This document shows, piece after piece, positions 37,337 through 46,784 of a stretch of DNA of 64,000 bases. The notes beneath the pieces are model-generated. The model did no database searches and was not told where the DNA came from. It saw only the letters and a program-made list of their open reading frames with translations. Location: positions 8,200-72,199 of the forward strand of contig DASTRJ010000028.1 of assembly GCA_035761245.1 (NCBI GenBank), written 5' to 3'. The number at the start of each line of letters is the position of its first letter. Position 1 is the stretch's first letter. The DNA is from Capillimicrobium sp. (GTDB taxonomy: Bacteria > Actinomycetota > Thermoleophilia > Solirubrobacterales > Solirubrobacteraceae). The position numbers and the translations under genes are program-made.

Positions 37337-40300
37337 TCAGACCGGCTGCCCGGCCAGCACGCGGCGCTGCAGCCGCCGGGTCTCGTCGTCGGGCTCGAGG
37401 CCGAGCGCGTCGACGAGCTGCTTGCGGCAGGCGAGGTACTGACGCAGCGCCTGCGCGCGGTTGCCGGCGCGCGCGTGGGCCGCGATGAGCAGCCGCTGCG
37501 CGCCCTCGTCGAGCGGGTCGAGCGCGACGAGCCGCGTGGCGGCCGCGGCGGCGCCGGCGTGGTCCCCGCGGCGGCCGCGCTGGTCGCACAGCGCCCACAG
37601 CACGCGCCGGTAGCTCGCGGTGAGGTCCTCGCGCCACTCGCTCGCCCAGTCGCTGTAGCGCTCCTCCGGCATCGGCTCGCCGGTCCACAGCGACGCGGCG
37701 TGCTCGAGCAGCCGCAGCCTGTTGGGGCCGTGCTCGGCGAGCGCCGCGTCGGCGGCTGCCGCGAAGAGCTCGGTGTCGACGCGGTCGCGCTCGTCGAGGA
37801 CGAGCCGGTACGCGCGCTCGGAGTACTGGATCGCGCTCTGCTCGGCGCCCGGGACGTCGAGGACGGCCCGCGCGCGCGAAACCGCCACCTGGATCGACGA
37901 GCGCGCCGACTTCGGCGGCTTGTCGGGCCACAGCGCGTCGAGGAGCTCCTCCTCGGGCAGGAAGGCCCCGCGCTGCACGAGCAGGATCCGGACGAGCCGG
38001 GCGGTGGTCGGACGGCCCCAGGCGCGCTCGTCGACCGCCCACTCCCCGCGGCGCAGCGAGAACGCGCCGAACAGCGTGAAGGTGCGCGGCGGGGGCGACC
38101 GGCGGCCGGCGACGCGCGCTGCCTCGGCCGCCGCGACGACCTGCGGGTCCTCGTCGGCGGCCAGCGCGTCGAGCAGCGTCTCCGCGCGGGGATCGCCGGA
38201 CGACGCGAGCGCGCGGGCCGCCACGACGCGCACGGCCGCGCGCGGATGGTCGGCGAAGCTCGCGAGCTCCTCGCCACCGGGGAACGCCCGCTCGACCGCG
38301 GACAGGATCGGCCCGGGGACGACGTCGTCGAGGGTGAGGACGTCGTAGGTCGTCGCGCCGATCCGGCGCCACTCGCTGCGCAGCAGGATCGTCGCGCGGT
38401 CCCCCGCCGCCGTCAGCGCCGCCTGGAGGTCGGACGCGGCCGCCGTGAGATCCCCCGCGCGCCCGTGCATCCACGCGCGCTGGGCGAGCAGGCGGGCGCG
38501 GTGATGGGTGCCGTGGCCGGGGCCGTAGGCACGGTCGAGGTCCTCGAGCGCGGCGGTCGCCAGCCCGGTCGCGTGCTCCGGCGCCGCCACCTCGCCGATG
38601 ACCGGGAGCGCCGCGAGCGTGACCATCGTCCGGAAGGGGAGCGGCGCCGAGGCGGCTCGCGTCAGCGCGCCCTCGGCGACGGCCTGCGCGGCCGCTCGAT
38701 CACCGCGGGCGAGCAGGCACGCCGCGGCCGCCGTCTCGCCGACCGCGGGAGCCCACCCGTCGGTGGTCGGCACGTCGCCGATGGCTCCCAGCGCCAGCTC
38801 CGCCTCGACCTCGCGGCCCGCGGCGACGAGCAGCCAGGCGCGCAGCGCGTGCGTGTTGGCGCTGAGGAACTGATGCAGGCCCGAGCGCTGCACCTCGGCG
38901 AAGACGACGTCGGTCCACCCGACGGCCTCGTCGGCGCGCCCGGCGTCGGCGAGTGCGAACGCGACGAACGAGGCGAGGATCTCGGGCCGGTGCAGCTCCC
39001 GCCGGCGGTCGCCGAGCGACTCGAGGCGGCGCCGGGTCAGCGCGACCAGCTCGTCGTGGCGCCCGTCGGGCACGTCGACGTAGAACCGCACGATCGCGCG
39101 CATCCCGGCGATCGCCTCCGCATCCGGCAGGCGGTCGAGCGTCGCGTGCGTGGCGATGGCGTCGTCGACGCGCCCCAGCGCGGCCTGCATGATCGCCGTC
39201 CAGGAGCGTGTGTTCGCCGTGGGCCGCCTGATCTGCTCGAGCACCTCGAGGCCCTCGGGCAGCCGCCCCAGCCAGTACAGGGCCTCGGCGGCGTCGTCGG
39301 CCGGCCGCGACGCGATGTCGGCGGGCAGGCGCTCGGAGGCCTCGCGCAGCAGCGGCACCGCCTCCTCGTGGCGCCCCTCGGCGAACGCGAGCCACCCCGC
39401 CACGGCGAGCCGCCGCGGGTCGCTCTCGAAGTCCTCGGGCACGAGGTCGAGCCAGGCGTGGACGGAGCCCGGAGCGGTCCGCACGAGGCTGACGGCCTCG
39501 TCGACGAGCGCGTCGAGCGCGCGGTCGGGCTCGCCGGCGGCCAGCCAGGCGTCGATCGCGTCGGCGATGCGTCCCTCGCGCCGCAGCTGCGCCGCGGCGC
39601 GCGACAGGACGAACGCGCGCTCCGCCGGCGACGTCTCCTCGACCCAGGCCTGCCGCAGCACGTCGCGCAGCAGCGGGTGGTAGGCGACGGCGTCGGCGCG
39701 GCCGGCGACGGGCCGCAGCAGCACGCCGAGCGTGCCGAGCCGCGTGGCGAGGTCAGGCGGCAGCCCGAGCGCCTCGGACATCGCGGGGGTCAGCTCCTCC
39801 GCCGCGCTCGACGTGAGCATCGCCGCGCGCGTCGCGGGGTCGAGGGCGGCGAGGACCTCCTCGCGCAGGAAGCGCGCGATCGCGCCGGAGGGGTTCGCCA
39901 CGCTCGCGCCCACCGCGAGCCCGAGCGGCCAGCCGAGCGTCGTCTGCATCGCCTCGGCCACCTCCGCGTCGGTCGGCGGCCGGTCCAGGCGGCGCTCGAG
40001 CAGCTCGGCGCACTCCTCGGCGCTGAACGCGAGGTCGGACTCGTTGAGGATCAGCAGGCGCCCGGCGGCCTGGGGGCGCGCCGCGCGCATCGGCAGCGGC
40101 CGGCGGGTGCAGACGACCATCCGGAGGCGGTCGTGCGGCGCCTCGATGAGCTGCTCGAGCACCTCGAGGGCGGCCGGGGCGTCGGCGAGGTGCTCGGCGT
40201 CGTCGACGACGAAGACGAGCGGCTCGACGAGCAGCGACTCGAGCTCGTCGAGGAGCGCACGAGCGACGTCGGCCGGCTGCGGCGCGGCGTCGGCGGTCGT

Positions 40301-40573
40301 GACCTGCTGGAGGAGCACGTCGGCCGCGCCCGGCACCGCGCGCCGGATGGCCTGCAGCGCGTCGATCATGAGCCGGTCGACGTGGACGTCGCGGCCGCGG
40401 CAGCTCATCCACGCCGCGGTGCGCCCCGCGAGCGCCTGCTCGACAAGCAGCGTCTTGCCGTAGCCGGCGGCCCCGACGAGCGCCACGGCACCGTGCTCGA
40501 GGGCATCGCGGATCTGGGTCGTGAGGCGTGGGCGCTCGACGAGCGCGGCGTCCATGGCGCTGGCGAACGACAT
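37337..40573 (-). CDS. Large ATP-dependent regulator: MalT-like NTPase, TPR-like region, C-terminal wHTH-BTAD
   Basis: GAAGYGKT, VVDDAEH, GWPLGL, YHPLLR, ELLDALWP, DPLDE and LGLEP motifs. Confidence 0.85.
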   Translation of the reverse strand: MSFASAMDAALVERPRLTTQIRDALEHGAVALVGAAGYGKTLLVEQALAGRTAAWMSCRGRDVHVDRLMIDALQAIRRAVPGAADVLLQQVTTADAAPQPADVARALLDELESLLVEPLVFVVDDAEHLADAPAALEVLEQLIEAPHDRLRMVVCTRRPLPMRAARPQAAGRLLILNESDLAFSAEECAELLERRLDRPPTDAEVAEAMQTTLGWPLGLAVGASVANPSGAIARFLREEVLAALDPATRAAMLTSSAAEELTPAMSEALGLPPDLATRLGTLGVLLRPVAGRADAVAYHPLLRDVLRQAWVEETSPAERAFVLSRAAAQLRREGRIADAIDAWLAAGEPDRALDALVDEAVSLVRTAPGSVHAWLDLVPEDFESDPRRLAVAGWLAFAEGRHEEAVPLLREASERLPADIASRPADDAAEALYWLGRLPEGLEVLEQIRRPTANTRSWTAIMQAALGRVDDAIATHATLDRLPDAEAIAGMRAIVRFYVDVPDGRHDELVALTRRRLESLGDRRRELHRPEILASFVAFALADAGRADEAVGWTDVVFAEVQRSGLHQFLSANTHALRAWLLVAAGREVEAELALGAIGDVPTTDGWAPAVGETAAAACLLARGDRAAAQAVAEGALTRAASAPLPFRTMVTLAALPVIGEVAAPEHATGLATAALEDLDRAYGPGHGTHHRARLLAQRAWMHGRAGDLTAAASDLQAALTAAGDRATILLRSEWRRIGATTYDVLTLDDVVPGPILSAVERAFPGGEELASFADHPRAAVRVVAARALASSGDPRAETLLDALAADEDPQVVAAAEAARVAGRRSPPPRTFTLFGAFSLRRGEWAVDERAWGRPTTARLVRILLVQRGAFLPEEELLDALWPDKPPKSARSSIQVAVSRARAVLDVPGAEQSAIQYSERAYRLVLDERDRVDTELFAAAADAALAEHGPNRLRLLEHAASLWTGEPMPEERYSDWASEWREDLTASYRRVLWALCDQRGRRGDHAGAAAAATRLVALDPLDEGAQRLLIAAHARAGNRAQALRQYLACRKQLVDALGLEPDDETRRLQRRVLAGQPV

Positions 40574-40636
40574 CTCTTCCCGCGCGAGGCTATCGGTGCG
40601 CGCAGCGGTTGTGCGAGGAGACGTCTCACCGAACGA

Positions 40637-40664
40637 CGAGAGGGGCCCTCGCGGGCCCCTCTCG
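40637..40664. other. Strong hairpin upstream of the large regulator
   Basis: cgagaggggccc-tcgc-gggcccctctcg. Confidence 0.6.
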
Positions 40665-40790
40665 GCATGGACGTGTACCCCTCAGCTCCGTCCCGGATGA
40701 AGCGGTAGTGGCGGCGAGCATGTTGGCGCTCTCCCGCCCCGCGCGAATCCCCCGCCGCGGGTGATCTTGGGGGGAGGAGGGGGGAGCGAT

Positions 40791-40812
40791 AGGGTGAACC
40801 GGGTCTCACCCT
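40791..40812. promoter_or_regulatory. Palindromic operator candidate
   Basis: AGGGTGA-N8-TCACCCT between two divergent regulator genes. Confidence 0.5.
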
Positions 40813-40842
40813 TTCGCCGCGATCTGCCGATACCTGTCGTCC

Positions 40843-41418
40843 ATGGCCGCCACCGTCGCCCTCGCCCGCTTCGAGGACCTCATCGCCCACGGGCTGCGCT
40901 CGCTCATCGATGCGGACCCGAACCTCGAGGTCGTCGCGGACGACCTCGACGGGCCGGAGCTGCGGCGCGTGCTCGACCGGCGGCGGCCCGACGTCGCGCT
41001 CGTCAACTACGGCTCGCTGCGAACCCCGTTCGAGGTCCACGAGCTGCACGTCGCGCACCCCGACACGCGCCTCGTCGTGCTCGCCAGCCGCCCGACCGCC
41101 GCCGAGGCCAACCAGGTGCTGACGTTCGGCGCCACCGCCTGCCTGTCGAAGGAGACGCAGGCCCGCGACGTGCTCAACGCGATCCACCTGGCGTCGCGCG
41201 GCCTCCAGGTCCTTCCGCGGGCGCGGTCGGCCACGCTCGCCGCGGGCCCCGACCCGCTGACCGCCCGCGAGGCCGACGTCCTCGCCCTCCTGCAGGAGGG
41301 GCGCTCGAACGCCGAGATCGCGCTGGCGCTCCAGGTGGGCGTCGAGACCGTCCGCACCCACGCCCGCAACATCTACCGCAAGCTGGGCGTGCGGACACGG
41401 CGCGAGCTGACGCGGTAA
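40843..41418 (+). CDS. NarL/LuxR-type response regulator with atypical receiver domain
   Basis: LTAREADVL..GRSNAEIA..TVRTHARNIYRKLG HTH; DVALVN in place of DVxLxD. Confidence 0.88.
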   Translation: MAATVALARFEDLIAHGLRSLIDADPNLEVVADDLDGPELRRVLDRRRPDVALVNYGSLRTPFEVHELHVAHPDTRLVVLASRPTAAEANQVLTFGATACLSKETQARDVLNAIHLASRGLQVLPRARSATLAAGPDPLTAREADVLALLQEGRSNAEIALALQVGVETVRTHARNIYRKLGVRTRRELTR

Positions 41419-41452
41419 GCGCGCGGCAAGCGCCGGGCGGGAGGGTCCGTCC

Positions 41453-42688
41453 GTGCTCGACATCGACTCCACCTCGCGCCCGGCCGCGGTCGTCGACGCC
41501 GCGTCGGTCGACGAGGTCCGTGCCGCGATCGCCTCAGCGCGCGACCGGGGCCTGCGCGTGGCGGTGCAGGCGACCGGTCACGGCAGCTCGGCGCTCGGGC
41601 CGCTCGATCGCGCGCTCTCGCTGCGCACCGCCGGGCTGCTCGGGCTCTCGGTCGACCCCGCCGCGCGCATCGCGCGCGTGGCGGCCGGCCACGTCTGGCG
41701 CGACGTCGCGGCCGCGGTCGACGCGCATCGCCTGGTGGCGGTCGCGCCGGCCCATCCCGGCGTCGGCGTCGCCGGCGCGATCCTCGGCGGCGGCATCGGC
41801 TGGCTGGCGCGGCGACACGGGCTCGCCGCGACGTGGGTCGACGCGGTCGAGCTGGTCGCGTCCGACGGGCGGCTCGTGCGCGCCGACCGCGAGCGCGAGC
41901 GCGACCTGTTCTGGGCGCTGCGGGGCGGCGGGGGCGGGCTCGGCGTCGTGACGGCCGTCGAGCTGCGGCTGCTCGCGCTCGACGGCCTCCACGCCGGCGC
42001 GCTCTCGTGGCCGGCGACGCGGGCGGCCGAGGTCCTGCACGCCTGGGCGCGGTGGATCGCCACGGCCCCGGACGAGCTGACGTCGATGGCGCGGCTGCGG
42101 CGCGCCGGCGCGACGACCGAGGTCGTCGTCGAGGCGGCGTTCGCGGGCGACGCCGAGGCGGCCGACGGCGCGCTGGCCGCGCTGCGCGCGCTGGACCCGG
42201 ACGTCGACACCTTCGCCGCGGTCTCGGCCGTCGGCCTCGGCGCCCTCCACGACGTCCCGCCACCGCGCCTCCTGCGGCACTGCGAGCACCTGCTGCTCGA
42301 CGAGCTGCCGCCGGAGGCGATCGACGCGCTGCTGGAGGCCGCCGGCGCGGCGGCCGGGTTCCCGTTCGACGACGTCGAGCTGCGCCACTTCGGCGGGGCG
42401 CTCTGCCGGCCTTCGCCCGATGCGGGCGCGCTCGCGTCGCTCGACGCCGAGGTCGCCGTCACGGCGCTCGCCCCGCCCGGCGCGGACAACGCGGCCGAGG
42501 AGCTGCTCGACGCGCTCCTGCCGTGGCGCCTGGGGCACTGCCACGGCGGCTTCCACACGCGCCCGGTCCCGCTCTGCCAGATGTTCACCGCCGACGCCGT
42601 GCGGCGCCTGCGGGCGGTGAAGGCCCTCCACGATCCGGAGGACCTGTTCGTCGGCCCGTCGTCGGACGTCCCCGACCACGCCGGCTGA
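41453..42688 (+). CDS. FAD-binding oxidoreductase (VAO/BBE-like)
   Basis: QATGHG, LFWALRGGGG and KALHDPEDLF motifs. Confidence 0.85.
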   Translation: MLDIDSTSRPAAVVDAASVDEVRAAIASARDRGLRVAVQATGHGSSALGPLDRALSLRTAGLLGLSVDPAARIARVAAGHVWRDVAAAVDAHRLVAVAPAHPGVGVAGAILGGGIGWLARRHGLAATWVDAVELVASDGRLVRADRERERDLFWALRGGGGGLGVVTAVELRLLALDGLHAGALSWPATRAAEVLHAWARWIATAPDELTSMARLRRAGATTEVVVEAAFAGDAEAADGALAALRALDPDVDTFAAVSAVGLGALHDVPPPRLLRHCEHLLLDELPPEAIDALLEAAGAAAGFPFDDVELRHFGGALCRPSPDAGALASLDAEVAVTALAPPGADNAAEELLDALLPWRLGHCHGGFHTRPVPLCQMFTADAVRRLRAVKALHDPEDLFVGPSSDVPDHAG

Positions 42689-42698
42689 CGGCCTGTGG

Positions 42699-42738
42699 CG
42701 CATCCGTCTCACCGAGCGAGACGGACGCGGCACACGTC
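42699..42738. repeat. REP-like palindromic repeat, copy 1
   Basis: 38/40 identical to 54205-54244. Confidence 0.85.
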
Positions 42739-42742
42739 CAGG

Positions 42743-42931
42743 CTACTCCTCGTCGCGCGGCGGGATCTGCGCCTTGAGGCGCTCCCGGGCCGCGTCGAGC
42801 GCGTCGGCGGCGGGGCGCGCGCCGCCGGGCTCCCCCGACGGCACGATCTCCCGCGGGGCCTGATCCGCCGGACGCCGCTTGCGGCGCGCCGGCGGCTTCA
42901 GGATCCGCGCGAGCTCCTCGCTGAGCCTCAC
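42743..42931 (-). CDS. Small hypothetical protein (62 aa) at the end of the sdh operon
   Basis: GTGA overlap with the stop of the CCG-domain gene; VRLSEELARIL...ALDAARERLKAQIPPRDEE. Confidence 0.55.
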   Translation of the reverse strand: MRLSEELARILKPPARRKRRPADQAPREIVPSGEPGGARPAADALDAARERLKAQIPPRDEE

Positions 42932-43845
42932 CAGCCGCCTTCGCCGGCGCCCACGCCGGCCACGACGGCCGTCGACCAGTCGATCACCGACGTCGGCTTG
43001 ACGACGTGGCGGTTGAGCCCCAGCTCCTTCGGCGACAGGCCGAGCGCCAGGCCGATGAGCTGCGGCAGGTGCAGGACCGGCAGGTCGAGCTCGCGGCCGA
43101 CCACGCGCTCCGCGAGCGGCTGCTGCAGGTCGAGGTTGAGATGGCACAGCGGGCACGGCGTGACGAGGCAGTCCGCGTCGGCGTCCTTGGCGTCGCCGAG
43201 GTGCGTGCCGGCCTGCTTGAGCGAGGCCGTCTCGTTCATCGTGATGATCGGGAAGCCGCAGCACTTGTGCATGCCGGCGTACTCGATCACCGTGCCGCCC
43301 AGCGCCTCGATGAGCAGCGACATGTACGTGTCGCGGGGCTTCTCCGCATCGATGCCGAGGCGGTCCTCCGGGCGCACGATGTAGCACCCGTAGAAGGGCC
43401 CGACCTTGAGGTTCGTCAGCGGCCGCTTGACCTTCGCCCGCAGGTTCTCCAGGCCGTAGTCCTCGACGAGCAGCCAGAGCAGGTTCTTGTTGACCGTGTC
43501 GCCCTTGGTGTACTCGAGGCCGTCCTCGGCCAGGTTCTCGTTGATGATGGCCCGGTACTCGGCGTTCGCGTCGAGGCGCTCCTGGCACTCCGTCTGCGAG
43601 CCCTGACAGGTCGAGCAGATGTTCATCATCATGTGGCCGGTCTGCTGCGCGAGCGCGAAGGTGCGCGCGTTCAGCGTGTCGGCCAGCTCCTGGTTGTGCT
43701 CGGCGATGACGCCGGCGCCGCAGCAGTTGCCGCGGTCGAGCTCGATGAGCTCGATGTCCAGCAGCGGCGCGATGGCGGCCATCGAGCCGTGCAGCTCAGG
43801 GGTGAAGCCCCGGCTCACGCAGCCGGGCCAGTAGGCGACCTTCAT
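42928..43845 (-). CDS. CCG-domain protein (HdrB-like), type E SDH anchor subunit
   Basis: YWPGC, CCGAG, CSTC, FYGC, CCGFP and CPLC motifs. Confidence 0.9.
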   Translation of the reverse strand: MKVAYWPGCVSRGFTPELHGSMAAIAPLLDIELIELDRGNCCGAGVIAEHNQELADTLNARTFALAQQTGHMMMNICSTCQGSQTECQERLDANAEYRAIINENLAEDGLEYTKGDTVNKNLLWLLVEDYGLENLRAKVKRPLTNLKVGPFYGCYIVRPEDRLGIDAEKPRDTYMSLLIEALGGTVIEYAGMHKCCGFPIITMNETASLKQAGTHLGDAKDADADCLVTPCPLCHLNLDLQQPLAERVVGRELDLPVLHLPQLIGLALGLSPKELGLNRHVVKPTSVIDWSTAVVAGVGAGEGGW

Positions 43846-45020
43846 CGAGACGGGCTCCCTTCGGGCGACTGACCGGGCTGTCCGTACTCGCTGGCGATGT
43901 TCTGCGCGTCGGTCGCGGTGCCGGTCTGGACGGTCTCGTCCTTGGCGCCGGGCGCGTCCTCGTCGTAGCCCGAGATGTACAGGTTGAGCTCGAGCCGCTC
44001 GTCGCGCGACTCGACCTTGTCGTAGATCCGCTGCACCGACTTGAGGTCGGCCTTGGGGATCTTGTGGCCGAGCATCGCGGTCTTCGGGTTGACCTTGCCG
44101 CGGAGCACGGCCTTCGTGATCACCGGCAGCGAGTTCACGAGCACCTTGCCGGCGTTCGGGTGGAACTTGCCGAACCACGAGTCGCCGCCGTAGGAGCGCG
44201 GCAGCAGCTCGGCCTCGTGCAGCAGGCCGTAGCCCTTGATCAGCGTCACGAACGACTTCTCGTGGCGGTGGCCGTTGTTGCGGTCGTCGATGCCGTGGTC
44301 GCTTCCGGCGCGGCGGCGCAGCCGCATGATCTGGTTCATCGGCGCGACGCCCTTCGGGCACGCGTCGATGCACTTGAAGCAGTGCGTGCAGTCGTAGATG
44401 CCGTGCGGGTCCTCGGCGAGGTCGCGCAGGCGCTCCTCCTGCTGGGCGTCGCGGGGGTCGCCGACGAAGCGGTACGCCTTCGCCGAGGCGGCCGGGCCGA
44501 CGAAGAGCGGGTCGACCTCCATCGACAGGCAGTCCGACACGCAGGCGCCGCACTGGATGCACGCCATCGACTGCGTCACGTCGACCATCGACTCGCGCGG
44601 CACGACGTACTCGCGCTCCGGCACCGGCTCCTTGTTGATGAGCCAGGGCGTGACGCGGCGGATCTTCTTCCAGTGGACCGCGTCCATGTCGACGATGAGG
44701 TCCTTGATCACGGGCATGTTGCCCATGGGCTCGACCTCGATGACGCCATCGCGCGCGCTGGCGAGCGCCTTGTCGAGGTGCGTGTGGCACGCGAGGCCGG
44801 GCTGGCCGTTGATGCGCACGCCGCACGAGCCGCAGATCGCCGCCTTGCACGAGCAGCGGATGCCGATCGAGCCGTCGAACCGCGCCTTGGCCTGGAGGAT
44901 GCCCTCCAGCACCGAGCGATGCGGCTCGAGCTCGATCGTGTGCTCGTCCCAGTACGCCGCCTCGCCCGACTCGGGGTCGTATCGGCGCAGGCGGAGGGTG
45001 AACTCCTGGACGTCAGCCAT
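43842..45020 (-). CDS. sdhB: Succinate dehydrogenase/fumarate reductase Fe-S subunit
   Basis: SCKAAICGSC, CIQCGACVSDC and CTHCFKCIDACP motifs. Confidence 0.95.
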   Translation of the reverse strand: MADVQEFTLRLRRYDPESGEAAYWDEHTIELEPHRSVLEGILQAKARFDGSIGIRCSCKAAICGSCGVRINGQPGLACHTHLDKALASARDGVIEVEPMGNMPVIKDLIVDMDAVHWKKIRRVTPWLINKEPVPEREYVVPRESMVDVTQSMACIQCGACVSDCLSMEVDPLFVGPAASAKAYRFVGDPRDAQQEERLRDLAEDPHGIYDCTHCFKCIDACPKGVAPMNQIMRLRRRAGSDHGIDDRNNGHRHEKSFVTLIKGYGLLHEAELLPRSYGGDSWFGKFHPNAGKVLVNSLPVITKAVLRGKVNPKTAMLGHKIPKADLKSVQRIYDKVESRDERLELNLYISGYDEDAPGAKDETVQTGTATDAQNIASEYGQPGQSPEGSPSR

Positions 45021-45023
45021 GGT

Positions 45024-46718
45024 CTAGTACTTGCGCTCCTCAGGCTGCCACTGGGTGAACGTCACCGGGGAGTAGGACACCGTCGGGACGTCGTCACCGT
45101 TGCGGTTGATGTCGATGTGCTTGAGCCACTCGTCGTCGTTGCGCTCGGGGTAGTCGGTGCGGAACTGCGCCCCGCGCGACTCCTTGCGCTCGATCGCCGC
45201 GACGACGATCGCCTCGGCGCAGTCGAGCATGTACCCGAGCTCGATCGCGCCCAGCACGTCCTGGTTGAAGACGGTGCCGCGGTCGTCGATGTAGGCGGTC
45301 CTGGCCTCCTCCTTGAGGCGCCGCACGACCTCGTGCGCCGTCTGGAGGCCGGCCTCGTCGCGGAACACGGCCACGTACTTGTTCATCGTCGTGCCGAGCT
45401 CGTCCTTGATCTCCGAGACGCGGCGGCCGGTCTTCGGCCGGTCGATGATCTCGGCGATCATCTCCGCGTCCTGCTTGAGCTTGGCGTCGGAGACCGTCGG
45501 CATCGGCATCGACTTGGCGCGCGCCGCGGCGTGCTCGCCGGCGCGGCGGCCGAAGATGAGCGTGTCGAGCAGCGAGTTCGCGCCGAGGCGGTTGCCGCCG
45601 TGGACCGAGACGCACGCGACCTCGCCGGCCGCGTAGAGGCCCTCCATCGGCGTCTGGCCGTTGATGTCGGTCTTGACGCCGCCCATGATGTAGTGCTGGC
45701 CCGGCCGGATCATGATCGGCTCGCGGGTGATGTCGACGCCGGCGAAGTCCTTGCCGATGTTGACGATCTCGCGCAGCGCCTCGAGCGTGCGCTTCTTCGG
45801 CACGACGGTGATGTCGAGCCAGATGCCCTGGCCGTCGGGGCCGACGCCGCGGCCCTCGTTGATCTCGGTCTGCTCGGCGCGCGAGACGACGTCGCGCGAG
45901 GCGAGCTCGAGCTTGTTCGGCGCGTACTTCTCCATGAAGCGCTCGCCGTCGGCGTTGAGGAGATGCGCGCCCTCGCCGCGGGCGCCCTCGGTGATGAGGA
46001 ACCCGTTCTCCACCAGCGTCGTCGGGTGGTACTGGATCATCTCCATGTCCATCAGCGGCGCGCCCGCGCGGTAGGCCTGCGCGATGCCGTCGCCGGTGCA
46101 GATGAGCCCGTTGGTGGTCGGCTTGAAGCACTGCCCCGCGCCGCCGGAGGCGAGGATGACGTTCTTGGCGGTGAACGTCTCCATCGCGCCGGTGCGGATG
46201 TCGCGCGCGACGACGCCGACGCACCTCCCGGAGTCGTCGATGACCAGCGAGGTGGTGAACCACTCCTCGTAGCGGTCGACCTGGCCCTCGTACTTCATGA
46301 GCTGCTCGTAGAGCACGTGGAGGATCGCCTGGCCGGTGATGTCGGCGACGTAGGCGGTCCGCTTCATCGAGGCGCCGCCGAAGGCGCGGAGGTCGAGCTC
46401 GCCGCTCTCGTTGCGGTGGAACGTGACGCCGATGTGCTCGAGGTGCATGACCTCCTTGGGCGCCTCGCTGCACATGACCTCGATGGCGTCCTGGTCGCCC
46501 AGGAAGTCGGAGCCCTTGACCGTGTCGTAGGCGTGCGAGCGCCAGTCGTCGGCGACGTTGATCGCGGCGTTGATGCCACCGGCCGCGGCGACGGAGTGCG
46601 AGCGGACCGGGTGGACCTTGCTCATGATGGCCACCGTCGCGCCGGCGTCGGCGGCTGCGAGGGCGGCCCGCTGGCCGGCGAGGCCGGCCCCGATGATGAG
46701 GACGTCGTGTGCGGGCAT
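45024..46718 (-). CDS. sdhA: Succinate dehydrogenase flavoprotein
   Basis: GAGLAG, RSHSVAAAGG, QYHPT, TEGARGEG and HGGNRLGANSL motifs. Confidence 0.96.
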   Translation of the reverse strand: MPAHDVLIIGAGLAGQRAALAAADAGATVAIMSKVHPVRSHSVAAAGGINAAINVADDWRSHAYDTVKGSDFLGDQDAIEVMCSEAPKEVMHLEHIGVTFHRNESGELDLRAFGGASMKRTAYVADITGQAILHVLYEQLMKYEGQVDRYEEWFTTSLVIDDSGRCVGVVARDIRTGAMETFTAKNVILASGGAGQCFKPTTNGLICTGDGIAQAYRAGAPLMDMEMIQYHPTTLVENGFLITEGARGEGAHLLNADGERFMEKYAPNKLELASRDVVSRAEQTEINEGRGVGPDGQGIWLDITVVPKKRTLEALREIVNIGKDFAGVDITREPIMIRPGQHYIMGGVKTDINGQTPMEGLYAAGEVACVSVHGGNRLGANSLLDTLIFGRRAGEHAAARAKSMPMPTVSDAKLKQDAEMIAEIIDRPKTGRRVSEIKDELGTTMNKYVAVFRDEAGLQTAHEVVRRLKEEARTAYIDDRGTVFNQDVLGAIELGYMLDCAEAIVVAAIERKESRGAQFRTDYPERNDDEWLKHIDINRNGDDVPTVSYSPVTFTQWQPEERKY

Positions 46719-46784
46719 TGAGGGGCGGACCATATCGCCCCGAGTGCGGATTTCGGCCCTTCGGGGACCCTTAGATGACGCCGC

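Noticed and set aside
42928-43845. Methanogen-type heterodisulfide reductase
   Set aside because: No HdrA/HdrC; the sdhAB context indicates the type E SDH anchor.
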